64,000 nt of DNA from Octopus vulgaris (GCA_951406725.2 OX597814.1:42842001-42906000), one strand, 5' to 3'. Positions 13,754 to 28,863 are shown, counted from the first letter of the stretch. Program-made: numbers and translations. Notes: generated from the letters alone by a model not told the origin.

Positions 13754-14722
13754 TTGGGTTGTCAAGAAAGTAATTTTATTTTTCGCAAGTAAAATTATGA
13801 ATTTTTAATGACTTTTGCAATGTTATGATTTTTCCTATTTCCCACTTGATAGCCGGTAGGTTTAGTTTACTTTAAAGGCAAATTGTGTCTTACAGTTGTT
13901 AGTTCGGTGTCATTTTTAACATGGAGGGCAAAAGCAAACATTTTCGCTCTATTTTGCTTTTCTATGTCCGTAAAGATATATTTATAAAGTTTATCTTGTT
14001 GACTGCTCAACACAAAGCACATATCAGAGATGACTTTAGAAATTCCGTTATGGAGATTTTTCACTCAAAGACAACCAATGCTCTGTAAGTTTATGATGAC
14101 CGAATCAAAGATATAATTGAATCTGGTTGTCATATAACTGTGGCAAAGATTGCAGAGGGGGTTGAATATACCACAGACAATAATTGAAAACCATTTAAAA
14201 TGTCTCGTTAAGAAGCTCGATATTTGGGTTCCACATAAATTGAAAGTAATTCACTTATCACAATTACTCTATATTTGCGATATGCATCTGAAACGCAATT
14301 AAATCGTGCATTTTTAAAACCAATCCTCACTGGTGAAGAAAAATTCATTCTCTACAATAACATCAATCGAAAACGATCATGGTCCAAGCCTAATGAACCA
14401 GCACAGAATTCATCGAAAGCTGAAATGCATAAAAAAATACTCATACTGTCAATTTGGTGGGATTACAAAGGTGTTGTGTATTTTGATCTGCGTCCAAGGA
14501 ACGATCAATTCATATGTTTGCTACCAGTAAATAATGAAACTAGAGGAAGCAATCAACGAAAAACGGCCAGAATTGGCAAATTGTAAACGAATCGTACTCC
14601 ACCATGACAACGCTAGACCACACACGTTTTTGCTAACTTGCGAAAAATTAATGGAGCTTGGTTGGGAAGTGATGTCATATCCACCATAGATCCCTGGCTT
14701 CCCCCATCAGATTACTATTTAT
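13754..14722 (+). mobile_element. Mariner transposon fossil, 3'-truncated
   Basis: TA + TTGGGTTG TIR; frameshifted motifs WVPHKL, ILTGEEKFILYNNINRKRSW, SIWWDYKGVVYF, LHHDNARPH, PPSDYY. Confidence 0.9.
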
Positions 14723-14849
14723 TTTTAATAATGATGATGACCTGAAATCACACTTGCTTCAGTTTTTGGTTGTAAAGGAACAGAGGTCCTATGAGCGAGC
14801 GCGGAATCATAAAGTTGTCATAGAGATGGCAAAAGATCATCGAACAAAA

Positions 14850-15040
14850 TATGTGTTTGTAAGTCCTGGTGTTTTTGTTATGTATTTGTCTGAATATTTT
14901 TTTATCATGCCTAATGCACCTACTATGATAGGGATTGTTTCTGTTTTTAGATTCCACATTCTAGTTACCGCTATTTCCAGGTCTTTGTATTTTGAAAGTT
15001 TCTCCATTTCTTTTAGAGACACGTTGATATCTGCCGGTAT
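14850..15040 (-). mobile_element. R4/Dong-like LINE fragment (restriction-like endonuclease C-terminus)
   Basis: SLKEMEKLSKYKDLEIAVTRMWNLKTETIPIIVGALG; near-identical to 30030-30210. Confidence 0.9.
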
Positions 15041-15539
15041 TTAGAATTTATATATTAAAATACACCATATCCTTTGAACATTCCAATGATTTATTCATGT
15101 TCACTTAAATACAGTTTGGTTCTAATAACTACTTTAGTTTTTGTTTTTGTACGTTATGATTATTCTTTTTATTTTCATCGCTTGTGTGTTGTATTGGCAG
15201 AATCTCTGTATTTTTCGGCTTTTTTCGTTTTCATTTCAAATCTAAGTTTAAATTCGCCGTTCATTTTCTCTCAAGTGCGATAACCTTAAGTGCGTTTCAT
15301 GTACTTGGGCTATTGCAATTAATTTAAACATCTTCAGAACTTATGGCCCGGTACATATATTTAAAAAAAAGTATAGATACTTTGGGAAAGTTATTCTCTT
15401 TTAGTGCCTTATTATTTAACACATTCACCGGTAAATTTACCACTCATTTACTCTTTAATTTTCGAAAATTTCCGTTACGTATAGCAACCTGTTCAATATT
15501 TATTCACTCTCTCTGTTATCCGAGCTGCGTTCTTTCTGC

Positions 15540-16030
15540 TTGTTTGTGCGCATGCGTGTGGGTGAGTGTGTGTGCGCATACACATGTATGTATGCATGTA
15601 AGTGTGTGTGTGCATGTATGTGTGTGTGCGTATGTATATATATGTATATGTGTGTGTGTGTAAGTTTGTATGTATGTATTCTGCATATTCATGTGTTTGT
15701 GTTTGTGTTTTGTGTGTTCGTGTTTGTGTGCTTTTCTGTGTGTGTATTTCTATGTGTCTGTGTGTGTACCTGTCTCCTTGCGTGTGTATGTCTTAGTGTA
15801 TCTGTATGTATTAACGTGTATCTCCATATGTGTGGATGTGTGTCTCCCTATGTGTCCTTGTGTCAAGTGAAGTGTGTGCCTATATGGTCATGTGTTTCAG
15901 TCTTCATTTGCGTATGTTTGCGTATATGTGCTTGTCTTTTTATATTACCTATGTACCTATCCGTCTATATGACCATCTGTTTACATTCATATCCATTTGC
16001 CTACATACATGTGCATATACATATACGTAT
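15540..16030. repeat. Degenerate (GT)/(GTAT) low-complexity tract
   Basis: Seen directly; it generates the spurious Cys/Val-rich ORFs. Confidence 0.85.
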
Positions 16031-16129
16031 ACAAATATACACAAGCACATACTATATAACAGCCCATCTATATAACAACCCACTAACTATTCTACCTGTA
16101 TATAAATATAAACTGTGGGTATGGGAATA

Positions 16130-17450
16130 TGATTACCTACGACGTATATTTCCTATTGAGTACTGGGGATATTTCATTTATGAGCACGTACTCCTCTATT
16201 TGTCTGAGGGTTGGGTCCTTTAGGTGCTTGTATAAAATGTGGATGACAAGTTGGCGCTGGTTGCCTCTATGTCGGTCCTTGGCATGTTGGTAGAGTATGG
16301 AGGACTGTATTTTGTCGTCATATTGTCTCAAATTTTCATTTAGTCGTTCCGTAATACTCCTAAATATTTCCCATATGTATGTCATGTCCATGTCTTTACA
16401 AGCACCTTCTATGCATTTTATGCTGTGACTACATTTCTAGTTCTACAATTAATGCCGGGGCTAATCGTATATACCATGCAGTTATTTGTGCATAAGTTAT
16501 TCTCAAAGCGGTATGTCCTATATAGTTGTGATCTGATTTCCCTGGATTTTCCGCAATCTTAATGTAGTGTTTGGTCTTCTGCAGAGATTTCCTAAATCTA
16601 CAGGCTATTTCTACATGGCTTTGCCCGCTATTTGTCGGTTTTATACTACGTGTTCACCATGTTTGCTTCGTCACAAGCTTTTTGTATTCTATTCCAGTCT
16701 TTGCTTCTCTATCTAGGACAAGTACGATTGTTTTCACTACATATAATGTTATCTAACTTCTTTCTAGCACCCCTGTATACCCGAGTCCTATCTTTCTGAT
16801 CATATCCATAGAATTGCATGCGGTGCATGTAGTTTTGCACGTTTCATCGCTTCATAGTGTTTGCATAGTAGGGACACATTTTTCATTATCCTAAGTCAGC
16901 TATCAGCATGTTAATTTTCATGTTGTGTGACAAAGCTGACTTCTTGAGAACAGATTATTTCGAAGCTATGTGTTTTCTGTAATAGCAGTGGAGAAATGGC
17001 ACTCTGTTGTTCACAGTCTCTAACCAGATTTCAGTATCAAGGACGGGGAGTCTATTGTTGGGATGACTAGTTTGTTACCTTGATACTTTGGTGGGTGGGT
17101 TTAGCTACTTGTTGGATGCTCTCTATAATGTGTTTCTCAGTTTCTACATTACCGTTACTGGAGTTGGTCTTAACTAGGATATTAATGCCGTCAACATACC
17201 AACTAAAAAGTAAAACGGTTATAGACTGTTCTGCTAATGATTGCTTAAGTTTACACATCATTTTCAACAAACACTGATAATTTTTCTGACATCACCATCT
17301 TTGACTTTACCCCATTTCCCTGCCCTGTGTCACCCGCTTAATTATTTCATCATACTTTTCTCCCATACCTTCTTTCGAGCTCTCCTTTTAGTCGTCGCTA
17401 TTTCATTTTCCTCTTTTAATGCGTTGGCTTGAAAATCATGTGGTCTAATA
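16130..17450 (-). mobile_element. Penelope-like element relic (RT plus GIY-YIG endonuclease)
   Basis: FSWYVDG (YVDD-like), HPNNRLPVLDTEIW, Cys-rich NCRTRNV, and TYIWEIFRSITERL…HAKDRH…RQIEEYVLINEISPVLNRK. Confidence 0.85.
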
Positions 17451-17759
17451 GGTTTTTGCATCATTAAATCATAAAATCAACCATGTCTGGGCTAAACTTT
17501 CTTCCACTTTTTCAGCCTGATATTCATCTTAAGTACAATTATTTTAATTTTTACTATCTCATTAAGTTCTTTATCATCCTCATCATCATTCTGATTGCTA
17601 TCTCTCTGAACGAAGTAAAATCATTATGTTCGTATCAATTTAATTTGGAGTAATTACACTGTCCTTCTGTTCTTTTTAGTCTGATATAAAAAGAAATTGT
17701 TAATCGTTCAGCTGCTCCCTGTCTTCTACTTGTCAAATACATCATACTATCCGTATAAT

Positions 17760-17940
17760 GATCCTTATCATCATCCTCCTCATCATCATCGTCATCGTCA
17801 ATGTCGTCCTCGTCATCGTCCTCATCATCATCATCTTAACCACCATCAAACTCAAATTCATAACCATCATTATATACATCGTCGTCGTCATTATCAATCA
17901 TCTTCATCGTCCCCATCTACCGCCTCCGCCTCCTCCTTGT
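17760..17940. repeat. Degenerate (CAT/CGT/CCT)n low-complexity tract
   Basis: Seen directly. Confidence 0.8.
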
Positions 17941-20051
17941 ATTAATATTACTTTAACATTCACAATAACTATTGGTACATACTTTCAACACCTGTTTAGT
18001 TCTCGTAAATGTAATCCTAACGGCAGTTTCTTTGTTATTACAATAAAACGATGTTATAGCTTTCATTCTGCTTTCATGGTACATCACCTCAAAGGTAAGC
18101 AAACACAATCTATTTGATGTTTGTTTAAATATTTGTTAGCTTTATATAAGCAGCTGAGTAAGATAATTATAGATGCACTAACTGCCCAATGTACATTATT
18201 AATACACAAGTGAAATGTGCTTATTTCCAGGAAGTAACCAAAAGGTAGTAGCTGCTGGCGATACGTGCAGAACAAAATATCATATGAATATGTATATGTA
18301 ACACTGTTTTTCAGCATATTTTCAGCAATCATGCATATAAAAGATGTCAACACGCAATGCAACCTGCCCTGTAGATATATCAATATAAGATAAGAGGATT
18401 TCCATCTTGCCTGTTTCTCACACTTTAAGTATTATAATAAATAATTGTACTTCCCTTTAATGGCAAGTCTTATAAGACATCTGAAATTATTGTTTTCTTA
18501 TAAATCTTCGGTATATTTAAAGTGTTCCTCACTTTTCGGGAGATTTACGAACTGAATTTGAACGTAACTCAATACGTATGTACTTATATAACCATTGAAA
18601 AGTTTTCAAATATGTACAAGGTCTTGAGGGTAATTATTTATGGAGAGATGTTCAATGAATTATGTTCTGATTGATAATTATTGGATGTGTACATCCTCAG
18701 CATATACTATTCCAATAAGTACTAAAACAACAATAGAATATTCAGGAAAAAGTAATTTGATTTTCTAGAAAATATTTCCCCGTACGTAATTGGATGTAGT
18801 ACAGAAAGAAAACTATGAACCAGTTGCACATTGTGCAAAATAGAGTGATGCATGGAAAGTCTCAAAGCACATGCATTAGTTGACGAATTCACTGATTTAT
18901 AAGAGATGTCTATGGAATTTAAATTTGGACTATCAACGATATATGAGAATACCATTAAATACCGTGAATATTTTTACACATTAAGGAGATAACGAAAATT
19001 GTATTAGCAACAATATACATATAGGGTGCTGAATTATTTAATGATTTTGAGTACATATTTCCCTCAATATTCGGTGTTCACTTTATTTGTGTGTGATAGC
19101 ACATATAGCAAATAGGTTTCAAAGAAATATTAGTGAGAATATCTACAACAAATTGTCTAATAATTAAAAGTTTACAAATTTGACAGGGTACATATCTAGG
19201 TTACGTGTTTAAGAACCTTAGAATTTCATATTAATCAATATGAAAATAACGCTATTTCTCTTTGCAATAATTCTCCCGAGACACAAAAGCGGTTGCGAAT
19301 ATGAAGTTGAAATTGATTATGTATTTATGTGTATATGTATTTACATATGTACGTGTGTATGCATGTGGGTCTTTGTGTTTTTATATATATATTATATATA
19401 TGAGTATATATATATATATATGGATGCAATATATAAGCTGATATGACAACAATAATGCATATTATTATATCATTTTGGTGTGCTGGGTTTTTCTTCATTT
19501 TTTTTTCTTTGGCGATAAAGAAATATGAAAATTATGAATTCAGTCAGGAGAAAGAACAATGCTGAAACCGAAGAGAAGAAACACGCTGGTTTTTCTTCAT
19601 TTACTATCGAAAGACGTACATATATATATATATATATATTTATATCAAATGTAATCTCTTGAGAACAAATTATAGCAGTTTAAGAATTGCTGACGCAAAC
19701 ATTAAAGAAGGAAATTTATGTTGCTATTTCCAATCAACATTATATATTTATTAAAAATGCAAAAAAAAAATAATGTTTTATTCACCATAACAATTTTTTA
19801 ACACTCGATTTTATTATAGATAGACAAAGAAATATTTGAACGATTATTTTTTACGGGATATTTCCGATTCTATCCTATGAGTGAAACAGTTTATCATGGA
19901 TACACGGCAAATAAAAAGAAAGTAATAACATAGAACTGCTGATGAATAGTATCTCTACAGTAACCCAAATTTTAAGTCATCTATGTTTACAAAAATATCT
20001 ACATAACTAGAAAAATCGTTTCGACTCTCTCTGCACTGAGGAAGAAAACAC

Positions 20052-20868
20052 AGATCTTTTCCCTTTGAACGGCTGATCGAGAAATTACGTTTTTTTAAAT
20101 AAACACTTTCAAACTTCGAACACTGTTAGAATGTGTCATATAAGACATTATTTACTCTTAGCATTTTTGAGGAAAGTTTATATTTACGAAGTTATTTCGT
20201 GTTAAAGTTGTCGTATTTTGATAATTTCAACCAATCAATGACGTGTATTCAGCTGAATAAAATTACTGCCGTTGTTTGTCAACAACTATTGATGGTGTAT
20301 ATTTCGTTTGTCACCGTTATTTATGACATCGTTCGTGCGTTTCTACTGGTTTTGGATTTCAGGTTTTAGGGTTAGGGTTAGAGTTAGTGTTTAGAGTTAA
20401 AGTTGCGGAAAAAAATGAACCATATGAAGAAATTAGAGGGGTTGGAGTAGGGGCAAAAAAGTCTTTCCGGAAATAGTATCTGAAAAACAGGATGAGAAAA
20501 AGTAAAAGCAGTAGAAACGCCCGAACGATTTTAGTGGTTCTATGAAGTAAACATGCTTCAGATACACACGTTTATTCATAAAAACGTAACTGTGATGAAA
20601 TATATCATAAATAACAGTGACAAACGAAATATACACCGGCGATAGTTCTTGTTGACAAACAACAGCAGTAATTTTATTCAGCTGATTTGTCGAAATTACC
20701 GAAATACGACAACTTAACACGAAATAACTTCGTAAATATAAACTTTTTTTCAAAAACGTTAAGAGTAAAAGGTGTTTTATATAAAACATTCTACCAGTAT
20801 ACGGAGTTTGAAAGTGTTTATTTGCAAAAAATTATTTTCTAAATCTGCTGGTCAAAAGGCAAAAATCC
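20052..20868. mobile_element. Non-autonomous foldback DNA transposon, Merlin-like
   Basis: TIRs of about 270 bp (20052-20325 / 20605-20868); 8-bp TSD GAAAACAC at 20044-20051 and 20869-20876; termini AGAT…ATCC; internal TTAGGG-like repeats. The Merlin label is inferred from the TSD length and GG/CC-type ends. Confidence 0.75.
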
Positions 20869-22223
20869 GAAAACACCAACCTCCACGTGACATGTTTCTT
20901 TTATTCGAGGAATTCAAACACAAAGGTTGATATTTTCAAGTACTACCTGGATGTGACTCTCTCTATTTGAATCTTTCCATCTCTCACACTATATCTCTCG
21001 CCCTCCTCCTCCCTTTTCTCTCTCTCTCTCATTCACTCACTCACTCTGAATCGAGAGTAACTATATTTCTATGAAATTCTGATGCGAAAATGTTAGCTAA
21101 GTATTCATTCCAGAAATTTACAAATTTAGTTATAAATTAGTACCCTCTTGAAACGTTGCACTAATATTATATAATGATCGAAATACAAGAAAAACTTGTT
21201 GGATAAAATGTTCGTCTTCGTTAGCTCTACAAATAAGAGGGAAGACTTGGGATTACATACATACATACGCACACACGCACGCACATCTGCACACACCCGC
21301 ACATACATATATATACACTCATATGCATACATATTTATGAAGAGAAAGATGGAAAAATTGAGAGACAAAGAAAGAGTAGAAAGGGTAATATGAAAACAAT
21401 GATATTCAGATAAAGGTTATATGAACAATTTCAAATGTTACTGAAATATCTACATACACGACCACTGAGAATGAAAATGATATTTACACCAACACACCTT
21501 CATTGAATTTTCAACGAGAGTGGATGAAGATATATCACCATCAACAGTGACACAATACTAACAGTTTACGTCATAGAATTACATACTAGAGGAAATCTAA
21601 TATAAAACGAATAACTCCAAATGAAAGTATTCAGTAAGTAAGAAAAAATATCTAAACAACATATTCTATGAAAGAAAAAACATTTTCACAGCAAATCATT
21701 TTCAATTATACAGATCAGTAATATTTGTTGATTCAGAAGGAAAATGTCAAGACAATAATGAGTCACAGGAAGATTCATTGCGATAGCGGAAATTTTTTAA
21801 ACATATATCGTGTACATTGTTTAGTCAATAACACTAAAAAAAGTGTTCTGAATATCTGGAACAAATCTTTCAACAAGTTTCTACATAACCAGCTTCCTTT
21901 TTACTTTCCAATCGATCGACATATCTCTCTGTTGACATGCCTGTCAGATTGTCTCTCTTTCTCATTCTCGGCCTCTCCTCTCCCTTTCTCTTTGGTAATC
22001 TAAAGCACCTTGCGATATTACATCATTCACTGTGCGATTGGAAGCATATATATATATATACATATATATATGTGTGTTTGTGTGTGTGTGTGTCTATAGG
22101 CATGTCTGTGCGTGTATATATGTATATATATATATGACTGAAGATTGAAGGCTTCGAATGTCCCGTCCGTTTTTTGTATCTTCTTCTAAATGTTTTACGT
22201 TTTTGTCCCAGTTTGTATTTTTC

Positions 22224-22322
<99 letters not shown>

Positions 22323-22324
22323 GT

Positions 22325-22523
22325 TAATCCAAACAAGAAAGCACAAAAAACACAACAACGCGAGGACGTGGAACAAATATAGTATTATTGGACGCTCAGG
22401 AAAGAAGGAAGGAAGGAGGGTTTATGTTTCGAGCGGAGCTCTTCGTTGGAAACATAGGAGAAGGGAAGATCCAGAGAAGGGAAAACACAGGAAAAAATCG
22501 CCAACGGTACACACGCGGTCACA
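22325..22523 (-). mobile_element. Short (TA)n-embedded repeat family B
   Basis: Homologous to 47510-47722; minus strand ACGAA-GAGC-TCC-GCTC-GAAAC HHR-like relic. Confidence 0.7.
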
Positions 22524-22524
22524 G

Positions 22525-22579
<55 letters not shown>

Positions 22580-22974
22580 GTGTGCGTGTGTATGTAACGG
22601 TTATCATTGGCTAGCAAATATAACATCTAAGCTTGTATCACACTTTAGTATTTCACTTTAGGTGCCTCTAAAATTGTAGGTAGGCACAAAAAAGGCTTGT
22701 GCACACTTTCCACTTAGGAAAATTGTATATTACATATACTGAACATATCAGCAACAGTTACGAAAACATTTTATATCCTACTTGGAAGAACAAGTTGGAT
22801 TTAAACAATTCCTGATCAGATAAATAGAGAAATCAAGAGGAGATCCTCGGACAGTTGGAACTCCATGAATTCAGACAATTTGTACACTCCACGTTTTATC
22901 GCCTTATATAAAAAAAAGTTTCTGTGTGCATCCAAAACTCCATTCCACTGGTCTTTAAATATTGCCTTTTAATT

Positions 22975-23155
22975 TTCGCACAAGGCTTGCAATTTCTGAG
23001 AAGGGAAAAAGCAGATTACATCGACTTAAGTCCTCTAACGGTACTTGTCTTATTGATCACGAAATGATAAAAGGCAAAGTCGACCTCGGTGCAATTTGAA
23101 CTCAGAATGTAAAAATGGACGAAATACCACTAAGCCTTTTGCCCGACGTTCACTG
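22975..23155 (-). mobile_element. SINE family D
   Basis: AAAGGCAAAGTCGACCTCGG…TTTGAACTCAGAA is the reverse complement of copies at 38474-38885, 46228-46435 and 50785-50915. Confidence 0.75.
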
Positions 23156-23777
23156 ACATAGGTTTTAAATATTAGAGATCAAGTCGTTTCTAGGAAAATG
23201 ATTTGCTTCCAAAATATCCGGAACCCCGGCACCTGTCGTGGGTTATATAGCCATTTTCTTTAGGCAACAGAATTGCCATCACTGCTGCTCATGTAATAGC
23301 TGGATCTAGAAAGATTGTACATACCTTTAATACTAGGCATCTGGAAAACATAATGCCTTCCTTATGCAATTCAGACCTGGAGACGTAAGTTTCACAGACG
23401 TCCAGACAAGTAAGTGAATGACATTTACATCTTAACCACATAAATAGCTACTACACTGGAAGAAAAGGCCTGAGGTCAGTCAGTAGTTAACACTTCTTCA
23501 TTGACGATCCTATGCCATAAATATTCCAGTATTAAGGGAAGATTTGAACGAAAAATAAACAGAGGGAGTTATTTAATATAAAATTTTCATAAATCATATT
23601 GCATGTGCTTTTAGAGGATTATCAGGATCAATTCATATACTAAGATTTTAAGAATCGCCCGTTTGAGAAATGCTTCTCAAGGACCAATATATTAGAAATG
23701 TATTTAGTAACAAAAGCTTAGTGGATTTGGTGTGGAGATTCTATTAATTTTGTTCTTCGAATTTGGACGTGTGTTTG

Positions 23778-23939
<162 letters not shown>

Positions 23940-23940
<1 letters not shown>

Positions 23941-24320
23941 TTGACTTTTGCCTTCTATTTGAACTAGTTGGCTCCAAGTCCTACTTAGAGACCTCAAGAG
24001 ACAACACGTTAGAGGTTCATGCTGGTGTTATGCCTAGGGGGTCGTATATTTGGTTTTCTACATAGTATTGTTCTAGAGAATGTTTAAGAAAACATAAGAA
24101 AATTATGAGTTTGTATTAAAATCTGAGGTTACATAAGCAGTATTTTAGGTTGGACATGGGCAGTTTCGATGAGCACTATCTTTCGTTTTTCTGCCATTTT
24201 GGGTTTTCCTGGTATATGAGCAAGGTAGCAGTCAGCCCCTTTTGCTATCATCCCCAGGGCACCTATGACAACAGGTTTTGTTTAAGTCTCGAGGTTCTAC
24301 ATTTTGCCAATGCGTAAAGC
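23940..24320 (-). mobile_element. R4-like LINE 3' end (second family) with 3' UTR
   Basis: TKPVVIGALGMIAKGADCYLAHIPGKP…KIVLIETAHV; ends at a (TAA)n tract. Confidence 0.75.
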
Positions 24321-26215
24321 CACTTTAAGAATTAATATACCTTATGTCATACAGGCCCCCGCATGATCCGTGTTCTGTGTAAACCTGGACAATATCTAAT
24401 CTGGTATCTAATGAAATACTCATTACAAAATTCTCAATATTCAAATATTCAAAGCTTTGGGATCGACGTTCGGTTCACTTTCAGTCAATGAATGAAAGTT
24501 AATAAAACATACTGACATACACATGTTGTTATTGCTTTATTCAAATACAAGTCAGAACATTTCATTAAAGATAACCATCGATTTTTCGTTCCTACTTTTC
24601 AGGACGCTAAAATAATAGACAGTACTTGGGTCGATGTAATGCATTAACCCCTTCCCAACAAAATTGTCAGTCCTTAGTAAAGTCTATTCTTTTGATCAAA
24701 GTAATCAACAGAAAGAATGTTCTAAAATTAACCACTAATAGTATTTGTTCCATCCATATAGCGTATTTAACTGCAATGGATCTTAAAATAAATAGAGGGA
24801 ACAAATGAACTATAAAACCTACATTCCAAGGTGCTAGCCATTTTTTGCTATTACTCGTCTTACAAAACCTTATAATGATATTTATGAATTTTACATAGAT
24901 ATTTATATAAAGATGTGTAAACATACATGAGTAAGTTTTTTGCCTATCAACACAAGCGCTATTTTGAGAAAGAACATCTGTATTATCACGTTAATTAGAG
25001 AATTTATCTGCAAAGGAAGGAGCAATTTGAATACGGCATGTATGTTGTATTTGGAGAACGATGCATGTAAAATGTTGTCTACTAAAAATAGTGTATTAGT
25101 TTCTTAATCAGTGTTATCATTTCATAGATTGCCCATCAAATTTTTATCGGCTTATTCGATTTATATCAAGAATATTTTTCTATGTTTGTATTTGTTATAA
25201 ATACGAAGTGGCATGTGGGCGAGATTATGCGATCTAATGCGATCTAATGCGATCTAACGTGAAAATGTTTACAAAGCTTGATAATACAGCCATATACAAT
25301 TTTCCGCAGAATTGAATGAGAATTCATTTTGATCCCAGTCAGAGATGGCAATGAAATCCGCTTCATGGTTTGATACATATGTATATTCAATTTTAACGCA
25401 CATTTTTAAATCAGTCAATTCAGTTCAAAAGATATTGATGATTATATGCAAATATATGTCTACATTTACCCATTCAGAGAAAACAGCCCTCTTACTACTT
25501 CTTTTATTTATAATCAATTGAAACTAGATAAATTCTTTATGAATGTGACTAGTCTTTCATGACTAAAACGTAGACAATGAAATATATATCTAAAATGTGT
25601 TTTGTTTTTATTATTAACTTTTAATGTATATCTTAATGAAAGCAAATGGAACTCTTTCTTTTTAATCATAATCTTCTCACATCTTCGAATTACTTCTGTT
25701 GCTAGCTTCCCTCGTTAAAAAACGATATAAAATATTAATGATTAATAGGAATTAGTCATTTTTTAATAAAAACAATTATAACATCAATTAAATATGTTGT
25801 TATATAATTCTTAAAACGCCTGAAATGGATACAAAAATGGAGCCTATGAATCAGCGAATTCTGCTTTCAACGTAATTAACAATCATGCCATACTGAATAG
25901 AAGCAATTTTACCTAATAAGTCCCGAATCATTTCGAGTCTATTGGACTTACACTTGAGGTTTATTTTAAAATCATTTACGAGTGAAATCATTTTGAAGAC
26001 CCTAATAGCTCAGACCTTTTATGAAAGAAGTTCTAATACACAAAGGCATTTTATTATACTTCTAATAATGTCCAAAGTGTCTCTATTACCACGCAGTAAT
26101 GGAAAAGTGAGATACATTATTAAATTCAAATTAAATTGAAATCAAATTCGAATCATGTCTTTATAATAGAATTAACGAACGACGTGCGCAATGAATGCAT
26201 TATATATGTTTACAT

Positions 26216-26299
<84 letters not shown>

Positions 26300-26372
26300 A
26301 TATATGTATGTATGTATATATGAATATATATATATACATACATGTGAGTATGTGCGCGTGTGTGTATATATG

Positions 26373-26404
<32 letters not shown>

Positions 26405-26455
26405 TAAGTATGTATACGTTGAGAAAGGAGGGAAATGAATTCCAGGTTATATATA

Positions 26456-26875
26456 TACTCTTTACTCTTTACTCTTTTACTTGTTTCAGTCATTTGACTG
26501 CGGCCATGCTGGAGCACCATCTTTAGTCGAGCAACTCGACCCCGGGACTTATTCTTTTTGTAAGCCCAGTACTTATTCTATCGGTTTATTTTTGCCGAAC
26601 CGCTAAGTGACGGGGACGTAAACACACCAGCATCGGTTGTCAAGCAATGCTAGGGGAACAAACACAGACACACAAACACACACACATAAATATATATATA
26701 TACATATATACGACAGGCTTCTTTCAGTTTCCGTCTACCAAATCCACTCACAAGGCATTGGTCGACGCGGGGCTACAGCAGAAGACACTTGCCCAAGATG
26801 CCACGCAGTGGGACTGAACCCAGAACCATGTGGTTGGTTAGCAAGCTACTTACCACACAGCCACTCCTGCGTCTA
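26456..26875 (-). mobile_element. Full-length tRNA-headed SINE family A
   Basis: Minus strand: A-box TGGCTGTGTGG, B-box GGTTCAGTCCC, CORE-like TTGGGCAAGTGTCTTC, internal (TA)/(TG) tract and (AAAGAGT)-type tail. Confidence 0.9.
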
Positions 26876-28829
26876 TATAATATATATATTATATATATAT
26901 AATTAGACTGGTTTATTTGTGCATAAAACTTTATGATTAGTTGCAGTATCCCAATAATCTATTGACAACATTTATTAAGTTTTAAGTCTTCATAGTTCCT
27001 TTGAAATATATTTTGTACACATGGATTCTTCAACCAGAGGTTATGCTACATTGCGTACTCTCTGAAAATGCAACGTAGGTGTGATAAATAAAGTGACGGC
27101 TAAGCAAACATCTTAACAACTATATATTCCTTTAATGCAGTTATATTGTAAAATTTCTAAATTAATAGCATAATGTAAATATAGTCTGTTTGGTGTTAAG
27201 CATTTCTGTAAAGTAGTTTCATGCCTAAAATAAAACAATTTCATTTAATTGTAGAACGTTAATGCTATACAAGCAGGTGAAACGCATAATACTCAAGACA
27301 GTATTTCCGAAGCATATTAGGTCTGCTTGAGTGATATATTAACCTAACATCAATTTTCTTGCTGGGAAACTTATCCGTAAAAACAATAACACTCTACTGA
27401 GTAGTGAGACATCAAACGCTAAGCAAATTCTTCAAATGATTTTACCAAAATATGAGTAGTGTCTAATTTGATATTAATTTTCATTCAATTGTTCCTGTAG
27501 CACTTTCATTGCTTAAAGCAATTTTAAATATGAATCAGCAAGTCGCATATTTTGTTAATTTTTCATAAATATTTTCGATAATATTATAGAGAGATCAAGA
27601 TATTTTGGGAGGAAAGTAGAGATGTAAACATGGTAAATGTTAAAATTCTATTTAGTCTAACATTTTAAAATGGTTGCAAATATTAAATTTGAAAATTTGA
27701 ATAGTAATTATAAGAATTGCTTCGGAAATTGCTGAAAGAAATCACGTTAAAATAGTTACGTTGTCACACTGATATTTTGAATAATTAAAATAATTATTTA
27801 AAAAATAATAACTGCAATTATTTTGTTGGTTTCGAATGGAATGCAAATGAATATTTTAAAAATATGATACATTATTAAAAGCAATTGAAGAATACATGAA
27901 ATCTAAGTTTTATTGCTTTGATTCCTGCGGGATAATGCACCACTCATTATTTCATGATATTAGCGTTATAACAGAACGGCGTCTTGGTAAATTGCTAAAA
28001 CTATAATTCAAATTGCACATGATGAAAAATTTCTAAATATTTTATTCAAATGGTTCTCTCTCTTCGCAGCTGGGAAAAATAGGTACACAGCACACGAAAA
28101 TATCGTTCTTATGAGAAGTTACATTTATGTAATTTTAAATATTATTCAAGTAACTTTACGAATATAGGTGCGATTGAAAGAGAATAGCAGCATATGACAT
28201 TATACTCCAAATTATGCAGTTATCTGATTGGACCAGAAATAGCCCTACAAATAAAAAAAAATCTGTCAATATGGCTGATTTGATTATCAAATGGAAATAA
28301 TTGCTTTCTTCCACATTATTTCCATCCTTTAGTTTTTGCTTCTAATCAAGTTATTTAAACTATGCAATCAAGATTCTCAATTAAATATATGTAAAATGTG
28401 TTTAGATTTTTAATATTTAAAGTTCAGTGCAAAAAATATAATATACATCGAAGAATAATATTGTTGGAAATGTGTGATGCATGTAGGAAATCGAAGTATG
28501 TAATACGACTTATTACGAAAACATTTTATATTTAATATTTCCAGAAGTATATTCCACGTTGTTCGCTGAACCATAAACAAATATACACCTGAGGTAAATG
28601 ACATTCTTTTATTCTTTTATTTTTGTATTTGTTTCAGTCATTTGACTACGGCCGTGCTGGAGCACCGCCTTTTAGTTGGACAAATCGACCCCAAGACTTC
28701 TCTGTATATGGCGTAGTGGTTAAGACCGCGGGCTACTTAACCCCAAGATTCCGAGTTAGATTCCAGGCAGTGTCCTGAATGATAGTAATAATAATAATAA
28801 TAATGATAATAACAATAATAATAATAATG

Positions 28830-28863
<34 letters not shown>

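Noticed and set aside
18060-18094. LSFCFHGTSPQ resembling the PARP/ART HGT motif
   Set aside because: Only 11 residues, a weak acceptor and an ambiguous frame; no downstream YG.GIYF-type exon was found.
20366-20400. Telomere or chromosome-fusion site
   Set aside because: Only a few degenerate TTAGGG units, located inside a TIR element.
25227-25257. Three tandem ATGCGATCTA 10-mers
   Set aside because: Simple slippage duplication with no spacers; nothing CRISPR-like exists in this window.
26800-26875. tRNA-like sequences (also at 28709, 12130-12195 and 45620-45678)
   Set aside because: A/B boxes are present, but there is no complete cloverleaf and each continues into a SINE body.
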